64,000 bases of DNA from Candidatus Doudnabacteria bacterium RIFCSPHIGHO2_01_FULL_46_24 (GTDB taxonomy: Bacteria; Patescibacteriota; Doudnabacteria; UBA920; O2-02-FULL-48-8), in the NCBI GenBank assembly GCA_001777575.1, contig MFEL01000012.1, positions 2,027 through 66,026 on the forward strand, given 5' to 3'. A model generated the notes under the pieces. The model made no database searches and was not told the DNA's origin. It saw only the letters and a program-made list of their open reading frames with translations. A program made the position numbers and the translations under genes. Below, in pieces: positions 18,986 to 27,471 of the stretch (within the stretch, counting starts at the first letter, position 1; each line of letters starts with the position of its first letter).

Positions 18986-19726
18986 TTACTTGCGACCGCC
19001 GAACCAGCTGCGGTCGTACCAGACGCTCACACTGCGCAAGACGCGGACGTCGCGCACGTCGTCGCACCGGTCGAAGCTGGCGAAACACCAATTGCCGTTC
19101 TCATCCTGCCAGCTGTCCCCGTTGGGACGCTGGTCAGCGAACTCGGGGAAGGTGGCGTTGATCAGGATCTGGACCTCCAGATCCCGAGTCAACTCACGGC
19201 TGGTTCTCGTCCCTTCGACCTTCGAGTCCGGCGTTTGCTTGCCGGACTTATACATAAGAAAGTCGAACTCCTCCCATCCCTCGCTTTCGCCCCCGATGAG
19301 CGGCATGGTTCCGGGCACATCGCTCGGCCCGTAATGCCGGCGGCCGGTGAGGTCGAGCAACTGCTGGCCCGTGCGCTTGCCACGCTTGATCCTGACTTGG
19401 AAGAGCACCTCGGTGTCGGTCTTGGAGACTTTCATCGCCGAAAAGAACGAGGCCAGCGTCTCCACCACCGGCGTTGGCTTCGCAACGGGCGTAAGCGTTG
19501 CCTGGTCAGAAAGCACCTGGTCAACACCCGCCGTGGTCAGTTTGTTCTCCAACGCCTCGAACTGGCCGAACATCCGGCCGCCGAACTTGACCGGCTGGAA
19601 GTCGGTCGGCCGCACGATTGCGATGTCGTGCCTTTCCAACCAGTCAAAGGCCAACATCGCGTCGTCAACGGTCTTGGTATTGTGTCGCATTTTTGCCCTC
19701 CTTCGGACTGTTTGCCCGAAGAGCAA
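18986..19726 (-). CDS. DGR variable (target) protein with C-terminal FGE/C-type-lectin-like variable domain
   Basis: 246 aa. C-terminus GWEEFDFLMYKSG...NGNWCFASFDRCDDVRDVRVLRSVSVWYDRSWFGGRK carries VR. Probable start at internal Met (MRHNTKTV). Confidence 0.75.
   Translation of the reverse strand: MLFGQTVRRRAKMRHNTKTVDDAMLAFDWLERHDIAIVRPTDFQPVKFGGRMFGQFEALENKLTTAGVDQVLSDQATLTPVAKPTPVVETLASFFSAMKVSKTDTEVLFQVRIKRGKRTGQQLLDLTGRRHYGPSDVPGTMPLIGGESEGWEEFDFLMYKSGKQTPDSKVEGTRTSRELTRDLEVQILINATFPEFADQRPNGDSWQDENGNWCFASFDRCDDVRDVRVLRSVSVWYDRSWFGGRK
18990..19084 (-). repeat. DGR variable repeat (VR) at 3' end of target gene
   Basis: Ends at the stop codon. Substitutions relative to TR are confined to TR-adenine positions except one T to G. 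Confidence 0.85.
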
Positions 19727-19854
19727 TTGCCACTGCCCGTGGCTGTGGGATCCGAGTGCCGTCGGACGCGGTCTTTGGCTCCAACCATTTCAGGCCAAAA
19801 TGATAAGCATTTAAATGCTCAATATTTTGAACTGAAAACAATATATTGTATACC

Positions 19855-19883
19855 ATTTTTGACATTTTGTCAATGCTTGCCTA
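19855..19883 (+). promoter_or_regulatory. Sigma70-like promoter for the recombinase gene with inverted repeat over the -35
   Basis: TTGACA (19855-19860), 17-nt spacer, TATTAT (19878-19883). ttgaca-ttt-tgtcaa inverted repeat. 12-bp palindrome gcatttaaatgc further upstream. Confidence 0.5.
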
Positions 19884-19936
19884 TTATTACCTTAGTCTGA
19901 CAATATTCTATTTATCGCATTGCGCGACAAAGCTAA

Positions 19937-20899
19937 ATGACAAAAACCAAAAGCAAACTACAAAAATACTACCAACGATTCCTTGAATACTTGGAAATCG
20001 AGCGCAATAGATCAAAAATGACCCTACGTAATTATGATCATTATCTCAAGCGCTTCGTGGAGTTTTGCGCTAAGCATGGGGTTACTGACCCTGAAGATGT
20101 TGACTTAGAAGTAATCCGCAACTATCGCCTGTTTCTTAACCGTCTTGTGGAGGGGCATCCTCCACATTCTTTGAAAGTCATCACCCAAAACTATCATTTG
20201 ATCTCCTTGAGAAGTTTTCTTAAATACTTGGCTAAGGTTGATGTCAAAAGCCTGGCCGCGGAAAAGATTGAGCTGCCCCGCACGCCCAACAGAACTGTTG
20301 ATTTTTTGGATAACGAAGATCTGGAACGGCTGTTTGAAGCGACAGAACAGGAAAAAAACAAACTGACCAAGCTTCGCGATCGGGCAATCCTGGAATTCTT
20401 ATTTTCTACCGGGCTTCGGATCTCCGAATTATTGGCGCTTAAAAAAGACAGCGTCAATCTTAAAAAAGGGGAATTTACGGTCAGGGGCAAGGGCGATAAG
20501 CTGCGGCTGGTTTTTTTGTCTGACCGCGCGACCGAGGCTTTGCAAAAATACCTAAGCTTGCGCGAAGATAACTCGAAAGCGCTGTTTATCCGCCACGACG
20601 ACAAAGAATCCGTGGAAAAACAAATCGCGTCCATGACGAAAGAATTCCCGGGACTCAGCGCCCGCTCGATCCAGCGCGTCATAAAAAAATACGCCAAATT
20701 GGCGGGTATCACTAAAAAAATAACGCCGCATACGCTGCGGCATTCCTTCGCCACTGACCTTTTGCAAAACGGCGCGGATTTGCGCTCGGTCCAGGAAATG
20801 CTGGGACACGCCTCCATTTCCACCACGCAAATTTACACTCACATCACCAACCCCAGGCTTCGGGACACATATGAAAAATTCCACGGCAAAAACCGCTAA
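19937..20899 (+). CDS. xerC: Tyrosine site-specific recombinase, XerC/XerD family
   Basis: 320 aa. N-terminal SAM-like domain, catalytic R..HxxR..Y (LRHSFATDLLQNGADLRSVQEMLGHASISTTQIYTHI). Confidence 0.8.
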   Translation: MTKTKSKLQKYYQRFLEYLEIERNRSKMTLRNYDHYLKRFVEFCAKHGVTDPEDVDLEVIRNYRLFLNRLVEGHPPHSLKVITQNYHLISLRSFLKYLAKVDVKSLAAEKIELPRTPNRTVDFLDNEDLERLFEATEQEKNKLTKLRDRAILEFLFSTGLRISELLALKKDSVNLKKGEFTVRGKGDKLRLVFLSDRATEALQKYLSLREDNSKALFIRHDDKESVEKQIASMTKEFPGLSARSIQRVIKKYAKLAGITKKITPHTLRHSFATDLLQNGADLRSVQEMLGHASISTTQIYTHITNPRLRDTYEKFHGKNR

Positions 20900-20900
20900 A

Positions 20901-21401
20901 TCAGATAATTTTTTGTTTCAGGCCCAACAGATATCCGATGGCCGAGGTCAGCAGATGCAGCACAAAATATACCGCAATGACCAAGAGATACTGCTCGGCA
21001 CCCAATGGCCAGTACCAAAAACTTAGCGCAATCCCGCCCAAAATATAATCAAGCTGGTCAAATATTGGCCACGATTCTCCGGACGGAATGTCCCTCTGGC
21101 GCTTGAAAAAACTTTTGGCCGCATCGCCTAAAACCGCGCCCAGGCCCAAAAGCACACCCAGCATCATAGGCTGGCTTTGGACTAAGGCCGTCAGGGCACC
21201 GATCAAAATCCCGACAATCAGCCCGCGCCAGGTTTTGTGCGCTCCGAAAATTCTGCGGTTGCGGAAGGTTCGGTTGCAGTCCAGCGGGTAGTCCCAGCGC
21301 CTCAACACAGGCGCATGCGCGGCAAAAATCGGGAACATGTTGGCTAGCCCGGCCGGCAAAAAAAACCAAAAGGCGAAAATTATATTGTCGAGGATGGACA
21401 T
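20901..21401 (-). CDS. CDP-archaeol synthase (CarS/DUF46)-like integral membrane CTP transferase
   Basis: 166 aa, about 5 TM. ANMFPIFAAHAP and FGAHKTWRG resemble CarS motifs. Too short for bacterial CdsA. Confidence 0.5.
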   Translation of the reverse strand: MSILDNIIFAFWFFLPAGLANMFPIFAAHAPVLRRWDYPLDCNRTFRNRRIFGAHKTWRGLIVGILIGALTALVQSQPMMLGVLLGLGAVLGDAAKSFFKRQRDIPSGESWPIFDQLDYILGGIALSFWYWPLGAEQYLLVIAVYFVLHLLTSAIGYLLGLKQKII

Positions 21402-21410
21402 CAGAGGGTG

Positions 21411-22046
21411 TTAAAATCTTTTTTTTAATTTATTCCTCAAAGGGTCCAGATACGATAGCCATGGCGCGCGGCGCTTGATTAACTTTGCGCTCCGCAGCAA
21501 TTCCTGCAAATTCTCCCGCGTGGGCAGTTGTCCAGCTTCGCAATACGCCCAGCCCACTCCCCTGATGCCATGGGCGTCGCTTGCCGCGGCTTTAGTAATT
21601 CCACGCTCACTGGCAAATTTTTCAGCCCTCGCAGCCGGCCCCCTGCCTCGAAGCCGGGCATTGAACACTTCCACTACATCTACCAGGTCAGTGATCTCAA
21701 ACAGACTGCGTTCACTTAACCCTTTGCGCGCCAGTTCAAACGGATGCGGCACATAGGTCAAGCCGCCTTGCGCCTTTATCCGCTTTACGGTTTCCATCAA
21801 GTCCAGCCCGGGCTCGATTTTAGAAGTCAAAAACAAGCCGACTATTTCTCCGTCCAAAGTCAAAATCTCCTCGCCGACAATTATCTGCTCTCCGAATTTG
21901 GCGCGCAATTCCACGGCTTTTGAAATTTCATTATGGTCCGTGACCGCAATGCAATATTTTTGCGAGAGCAAGTCGCGGTATTGCACATCACCAATGCCGC
22001 CGTCGTATGATATAATGGAATGGGTGTGGAGATCTATTCGATACAT
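21411..22046 (-). CDS. PHP-domain metal-dependent phosphoesterase
   Basis: MYRIDLHTHSIISYDGG..., TDHNE, GLTYVPHP motifs. Start placed at internal Met (CAT at 22044-22046); track ORF extends to 22115. Confidence 0.75.
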   Translation of the reverse strand: MYRIDLHTHSIISYDGGIGDVQYRDLLSQKYCIAVTDHNEISKAVELRAKFGEQIIVGEEILTLDGEIVGLFLTSKIEPGLDLMETVKRIKAQGGLTYVPHPFELARKGLSERSLFEITDLVDVVEVFNARLRGRGPAARAEKFASERGITKAAASDAHGIRGVGWAYCEAGQLPTRENLQELLRSAKLIKRRAPWLSYLDPLRNKLKKRF

Positions 22047-22101
22047 GATAAGCCGATATAAATACGCATTGGAAAACCGGCTGCAGCCAATCGCTCGCGG
22101 T

Positions 22102-22617
22102 ATGAGCCGGGTCAATCCAAACTTCCTGACCTTAATTGGAATTATACCACAGGTGGCGTTTTTTATTTTGATGCAAAATCACCTGTATGGCTGGGCCTTA
22201 CTCGCCCTTGCCTGCTCGATCATAGACATGCTTGATGGCTTAGTGGCGCGGGCCCATAATAAAGTCTCAGCCTTTGGCGGGTTTCTAGACTCGATCATAG
22301 ACCGCCTCGGGGACTTCTTTATCATTGCTGGACTTTACGTAGGAGGTCTTGCCAGCCTGATACTTTCGGCCATCCTTTTGCTGGCGGCTTTTTTAACCAG
22401 CTACACCAGAAGCCGCGGCAATCTGCCGGCCATTGGACTGATTGAGCGCACCGAGCGCGTGGCATTTATTTTTTTGGCCGTAATTATAAAAGCAGTTTTC
22501 CCAACTGCTTCCATCTCGGGATTCAACCTGTCCGAAGTCCTGATTTTGATTCTAGCTGTTCTGTCCGTGTTCACCGTCTGCCAGAGGGTTTGGTACGCCT
22601 ACAAGCATCTGGCCTAA
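22102..22617 (+). CDS. CDP-alcohol phosphatidyltransferase family protein
   Basis: DMLDGLVARAHNKVSAFGGFLDSIIDRLGD = D-x2-DG-x2-AR...G-x3-D-x3-D signature. MSRVNPNFLTLIG N-terminus typical. Track ORF starts at 21898 and overlaps the PHP gene. Confidence 0.8.
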   Translation: MSRVNPNFLTLIGIIPQVAFFILMQNHLYGWALLALACSIIDMLDGLVARAHNKVSAFGGFLDSIIDRLGDFFIIAGLYVGGLASLILSAILLLAAFLTSYTRSRGNLPAIGLIERTERVAFIFLAVIIKAVFPTASISGFNLSEVLILILAVLSVFTVCQRVWYAYKHLA

Positions 22618-23366
22618 AAACTCAGCTCCGCCAGCAGCGGAAAATGGTCTGAACCGTCCACCTCATGCACTAACGAGCGGTGGATTTTTAAGTTGCGGGC
22701 AAAAATATGGTCCAGGTGCTGGAAGTGGGTGGTGGTTGCCCGAAAATCGGGAAATAAATTGATGAACTCTTTCCCGAACAAGGAATGAATCATTTCCACC
22801 TGCTTGGAGTTTTCGAAAAAACCGAGAGTGTTGAAATCGCCGCAGATTATCTCTCCATCCACGACCAATGCTTCTTTGAGATAATTCGACAAATGCTTGA
22901 TTTGACTAATCCGATTTTCAAGCCCGCCGCGCCAGTCAATGTGCAAATTCGAGATTCTTAACGAAGTCTTGCCGATTTTGAAAGTGCCGATCAGCGAGCC
23001 GTAGCGCTGCTGGAAAGGCGTAATCCCGGCCCGCAGGAGCAAATTTATGATTCTTTGGTATGAACCGAAGTTTGCCGGGGTATCAAAAGACAAGTTTTCG
23101 AACTTTACCAAGTCCATCTCAGATTTCCAGACTATGCCCAATCCATAATCTTTCAAAAACGGCTCTGGACTTAGGAAAAAATTCCCGTTCCAACCCGGCC
23201 CCAAAGCGGATAAAATGGCATCCCCAATAAACTTCCCACCCTTGGAAAGCCTAACTTCCTGCAAACAAAAAAGATTGACTCCCGCCGAGGCGAAATCCAG
23301 GACGTTTCTGACAATTTCTCTTTCGTTGCGGGAATTGTGCAAATTGTAAGACACGAGCTTCAGCAT
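22614..23366 (-). CDS. Endonuclease/exonuclease/phosphatase (EEP) family protein
   Basis: 250 aa. LFCLQEV N-terminal motif and GSDHFPLLAEL C-terminal motif. Confidence 0.75.
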   Translation of the reverse strand: MLKLVSYNLHNSRNEREIVRNVLDFASAGVNLFCLQEVRLSKGGKFIGDAILSALGPGWNGNFFLSPEPFLKDYGLGIVWKSEMDLVKFENLSFDTPANFGSYQRIINLLLRAGITPFQQRYGSLIGTFKIGKTSLRISNLHIDWRGGLENRISQIKHLSNYLKEALVVDGEIICGDFNTLGFFENSKQVEMIHSLFGKEFINLFPDFRATTTHFQHLDHIFARNLKIHRSLVHEVDGSDHFPLLAELSF

Positions 23367-23446
23367 AGCTTAAAAAATAGGCTATTGCGCCCAAAAAGTC
23401 AATGGATTATACTGTGGGCAAACCAAGTTCCAAGGAGGACTAAACC

Positions 23447-23581
23447 GTGACCATGATTTTGGTTGGAATCGGACTTGTCGCTCTCGTTGTCGTCATCGCC
23501 CTGCGCAAGCGGGGCAAAAATCGGAGTCACAACCCATCCAGTCACGCAACCTTCGGTGACATCACACCACCCTCCCGCTGA
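23447..23581 (+). CDS. Small TM protein (44 aa) with strong RBS, not in ORF track
   Basis: SD aaggagg (23432-23438) 8 nt before GTG. VTMILVGIGLVALVVVIALRKRGKNRSHNPSSHATFGDITPPSR. Confidence 0.3.
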   Translation: MTMILVGIGLVALVVVIALRKRGKNRSHNPSSHATFGDITPPSR

Positions 23582-23744
23582 GGACGGCGCCCCGGACAAA
23601 CGTATTCTTTTTTCGTTTGTCTTTCTTTTTTACATATTTCTTTTCAAACCAAGGATGGGCGACGGGTGACGCGGTTTTGGGGACCCTGCTCGCGCGCAGT
23701 TTTACGAGCACGTGCGGGGTAAAAACCGCGGCAGGACCCGTCGC

Positions 23745-25502
23745 TCATTCCAAGGCCGCCGCCACTTGCTGCCTCCACAGCGCCGCATACAACCCTCCGC
23801 CCTGCAGCAACTCCTCATGCCTGCCCTCCTCCACTATCATCCCTTTTTCCAAAACATAAATTTTATCCGCGTGCGCCACGGTCGAAAGCCGGTGCGCAAC
23901 CAAAATCGTAATCAAGCCCGGCTTGATTTTCTCCACCTTTTGAATAGTCTTGGTGATCTGCTCCTCAGTTAAAGAATCCAGGGAAGAAGTTGCTTCGTCA
24001 AAAATAATCAAGTCGGGATCGCGAAGCAGGGCGCGCGCAATGGCCAGCCGCTGTTTTTCCCCACCGGACAGTTTGACTCCGCCTTCCCCAATCCGGGTAT
24101 CGAGCCCTGTGCCGGCGCGGGCCAGGATGGACGCACCGGCCGCCGCCTCCAAAGCCTTGAGACATTCCTCATCGCTTGCTTGCGGCCGGACAAACAGCAA
24201 ATTTTCCCTGATAGTACCGGCAAACAACTGCGTATCCTGAGTCACCAGTCCGATGCGGCTGCGGAGGTTGATGATGTCAATCTCACGAAGGTCCGTGTTA
24301 TTGTAAACAATCTTGCCCTGGGTGGGGGTATACAGCCCGACCAAAAGTTTGACAATCGTGGTCTTGCCGCTGCCTGAAGGGCCGACAAACGCCACCGTAT
24401 TCCCGCCTTTTAACGAAAGACTGATGCCGGCAAGCGCTTCCCTCAAAGCCTGGGGATAGTGAAAGCCTAACCCCTGAAATTCGATCGTCTCCAAATTGAC
24501 AAGCCGCTTGGGCGAATCCAGCCGCGGCTCCGGCGTTAGCTTCAGAATCTGACTTAAACGGCTCATGGAAGCGGAAGCCTCCTGGAACGAAGTCGCGACA
24601 GTACCAAATTCGGCCATGGGGTTGAAGATAAAAAACGAATAAAATAGAATGCTAAAAAATTCTCCTAAGGTAATCAGCTGCCGAAAGATCAACCAGAGCA
24701 GCAAGAGCATAAGCATTGCCCGCAGGCCGTTGACCATGGTGCCCTGGATGAAACTGATGGCGCGGACATATTTGACTTTCTCAAGCTCCAACTCCAAAAT
24801 TTGCGTATTCACCGAATTGAGCCGTTTGATCTCCTGGCTTTCCAAGCCCAGGCTCTTGACCAACTCGACGTTGCGCAAGGTTTCCGTGGTCGCGCCCTGC
24901 AGACTGGCAGTCTGAGTGATGATCCGCTTTTGCGTGGCTTGAATCTTGCGGCTCAGAAAATATGTGGTGGCGCCCAACAGCGGAACCATGAGCGAATAAA
25001 CCAAGCCAATGGCCCAATGCACCCAAAATGCATAAACCAAAACGAAGCTGACGCCGACTAACGAGATGAACATAATATTGATGCCGTTTTGGATAAGCTT
25101 CTGCGCATCCGTCCTGGCTGACTGCAGTTTCTGCAAAAATTCGCCCGATCTCTGGTCCTCAAACACGGCATAAGGCAGGCTGAATGAATGCGACACGGAA
25201 TCGGCGTACATGCCAGCGCCCAACTTCTGGACAATGACATTGACGTTGTAATCCTGGAAGTTTTTGGCAATGCGCGAAACAAGCGCCACTCCGATGAAGG
25301 CCAAAAGCAAAAAAATCACCCCGCGCAAAAATTCCTCAGCCGACAACTGCCCGGCCTTGGTCGCATAGCGGTCAATCAGCAGCCGAAAAACCTGCGGGTC
25401 CAATAGTGAAAACACCTGGTTGATGGCGGCCAAAACCAGGGTAGTGATAAGCAACTTCTTGTAATGCTTAAGATATTTCCAAAGCAGGCCCATGTTTTGC
25501 AT
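23745..25502 (-). CDS. ABC transporter ATP-binding/permease fusion (MsbA-like exporter)
   Basis: 585 aa. 6-TM N-terminal domain, Walker A GPSGSGKTT, signature [16 protein letters not shown], Walker B IIFDEATS. Confidence 0.85.
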   Translation of the reverse strand: MQNMGLLWKYLKHYKKLLITTLVLAAINQVFSLLDPQVFRLLIDRYATKAGQLSAEEFLRGVIFLLLAFIGVALVSRIAKNFQDYNVNVIVQKLGAGMYADSVSHSFSLPYAVFEDQRSGEFLQKLQSARTDAQKLIQNGINIMFISLVGVSFVLVYAFWVHWAIGLVYSLMVPLLGATTYFLSRKIQATQKRIITQTASLQGATTETLRNVELVKSLGLESQEIKRLNSVNTQILELELEKVKYVRAISFIQGTMVNGLRAMLMLLLLWLIFRQLITLGEFFSILFYSFFIFNPMAEFGTVATSFQEASASMSRLSQILKLTPEPRLDSPKRLVNLETIEFQGLGFHYPQALREALAGISLSLKGGNTVAFVGPSGSGKTTIVKLLVGLYTPTQGKIVYNNTDLREIDIINLRSRIGLVTQDTQLFAGTIRENLLFVRPQASDEECLKALEAAAGASILARAGTGLDTRIGEGGVKLSGGEKQRLAIARALLRDPDLIIFDEATSSLDSLTEEQITKTIQKVEKIKPGLITILVAHRLSTVAHADKIYVLEKGMIVEEGRHEELLQGGGLYAALWRQQVAAALE

Positions 25503-25518
25503 TATAGCAAATACATGA

Positions 25519-26766
25519 TCACTCGTACCTCAGAGCCTCGATAGGGCTCTTTTTGGAAGCGGCACGGGCGGGATAAAGGCCAAAGACCAGCCCGATGCTG
25601 GCCGAGACGACAAGCCCGATCAGCGCCGGGGTGAGAGGGAAAGCGTAAGCCCAGTCAAGCGAAAGCACGCGGCTTAGAACGAATGAAACGACAAACGCCC
25701 AAAATGCCCCAAGCAGGATGCCAATAACTCCGCCGATGCCGGTCAGTATCACGGCCTCCAGCAGAAATTGGCTCAATATATCCGAGCCCTTGGCTCCCAG
25801 CGCCTTGCGCAGGCCTATTTCCCGCGTCCGCTCGGTGACGGAAACGAGCATGATGTTCATAATCCCCACCCCGCCGACCAAAAGCGAGATAGCCGCGACA
25901 GACACCAAAAACAAGGTCATGACATTCGTGACCGTAGAAACCGTGGAAGCCAGATCAGCCTGGGTTTGGATGAAGAAATCATCCTTGGAGGAATCCTCGA
26001 TGTTGTGCAAAGCTCGGAGCGTGGCCGTAATGTCGGCCACAGTCTGATCAATATTCTCTTCAGAATCCGCTTCAGCCGCGACGCGATGGTAATATCTGAT
26101 GCCAAAGATGTATTGCTGGGCCGTGGTGTAAGGGACAAACGCCACCTCGTCGAGGTTGAGGAACGAAACCTGGCCTTTTTTGGGCATGATTCCGATGACG
26201 CGAAAGTTGCGGCCCTTGATTTTGATTTTCTCATTCAATGCCGGACGCGCCCCGAACAGCTCGTCGCGGATTTTGTCGCCGATGATGACCACATCCGCCC
26301 GGGCCGTGATGTCTTCTTCCGTGAAAAAACTGCCGTCGGAAATTTCCAAATCATACATTTCTTCCGCCAAAGGCGTGGCGCCAAGCACGGTTAAACGGTA
26401 AGTCTCCGACTCATACTCGCTCGTGGCCGTGCCAAACACTATCGGCATGACTTTCGAAAGCGTCGGCACGTTTTCCTTTTTCTTAAGCTCCCGCAGTTCA
26501 CGCTCCCCCAACGAATCTGACTGCAAACTTTCGATGACAGAAGGATCAGTCGGGCCAGAAGGCTCGCGGCCCGGAATGATAACCAAAGTTTTGGAGCCTA
26601 AACCCTGGATTTGGACCAGGATCAAATTTTGCGCCCCTTTGCCCAAGGCCATGACCAAAATAATGGCGGTGATGCCGATGACAATGCCCAAAATGGTCAA
26701 TCCTGAGCGCGTCTTATGCGAGCGCAGCCCCTTCAGCGCAGTGGTGATGCTGTGTCGGATCTTCAT
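25519..26766 (-). CDS. ABC transporter permease, MacB/FtsX family
   Basis: 415 aa. N-terminal TM, periplasmic MacB_PCD-like domain, C-terminal FtsX 3-TM bundle. Confidence 0.8.
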   Translation of the reverse strand: MKIRHSITTALKGLRSHKTRSGLTILGIVIGITAIILVMALGKGAQNLILVQIQGLGSKTLVIIPGREPSGPTDPSVIESLQSDSLGERELRELKKKENVPTLSKVMPIVFGTATSEYESETYRLTVLGATPLAEEMYDLEISDGSFFTEEDITARADVVIIGDKIRDELFGARPALNEKIKIKGRNFRVIGIMPKKGQVSFLNLDEVAFVPYTTAQQYIFGIRYYHRVAAEADSEENIDQTVADITATLRALHNIEDSSKDDFFIQTQADLASTVSTVTNVMTLFLVSVAAISLLVGGVGIMNIMLVSVTERTREIGLRKALGAKGSDILSQFLLEAVILTGIGGVIGILLGAFWAFVVSFVLSRVLSLDWAYAFPLTPALIGLVVSASIGLVFGLYPARAASKKSPIEALRYE

Positions 26767-27470
26767 TTGATAAACTCCTCGCCTTTCTTGCGGGACAAAA
26801 CTTTTTCGTCGCTCTCGATCTGTCCGTCCTTGATCCGAATGATCCGCTCCGCATGTTCCGCTGTGTAAGTTTCGTGGGTGATCAGAATGATTGTGTGGCC
26901 CCGACTGTTGAGTTTTTGGATAATCTGCATCACGGCCAAGCCGGACTTGGAATCCAAATTCCCGGTCGGCTCATCGGCAAAAATGACATCCGGCAAGTTG
27001 ACCAGCGCTCGGGCAATGGCCACGCGTTGTTTTTCTCCGCCGGAAAGCTGGGACGATTCATGGGCCAGGCGGTGTGAAAGCCCCACCTGCTCGATAGCCT
27101 CAAGCGCCAACTTTTTCCAGGATGACTCGGGTTTGTCCGAATACAAAAGCGGCAGCATGACGTTCTCCAAGACCGTGGCTTTGGGAAGCAGGTTGAAAGA
27201 CTGGAACACGAAACCCATCTTGAGGTTGCGAAGCCGCGCCAGCTCGTTTTCCGTAAATTCTGAGCTGTCTTTGCCTTCAAACACGTAGCGACCGCCGGAT
27301 GGCCGATCCAAAAGCCCTAAAATCTGAACCAGGGTGGATTTGCCCGAACCGGAAGGCCCCATGATGGCGACAAACTCGCCCTGGCCTATGGAAAAAGAAA
27401 CGCCGTTTAGCGCTGGCGTTTCCACTCCGTCATTGACGTAGATTTTCGCTAGGTTGGAAACTTCAATCAT
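26763..27470 (-). CDS. ABC transporter ATP-binding protein (MacB/LolD-type)
   Basis: 235 aa. [36 protein letters not shown]. 4-bp overlaps with both neighbouring genes. Confidence 0.9.
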   Translation of the reverse strand: MIEVSNLAKIYVNDGVETPALNGVSFSIGQGEFVAIMGPSGSGKSTLVQILGLLDRPSGGRYVFEGKDSSEFTENELARLRNLKMGFVFQSFNLLPKATVLENVMLPLLYSDKPESSWKKLALEAIEQVGLSHRLAHESSQLSGGEKQRVAIARALVNLPDVIFADEPTGNLDSKSGLAVMQIIQKLNSRGHTIILITHETYTAEHAERIIRIKDGQIESDEKVLSRKKGEEFIK

Positions 27471-27471
27471 C

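Noticed and set aside
18903-19900. Plus-strand ORFs (143, 221, 155 aa) across the DGR target gene
   Set aside because: Antisense to the target gene whose C-terminus matches TR; GC-rich shadow ORFs.
21898-22101. N-terminal 68-codon extension of the CDP-alcohol phosphatidyltransferase ORF
   Set aside because: Overlaps the divergent PHP gene; family-typical N-terminus MSRVNPNFLT begins at 22102, so extension judged non-coding.
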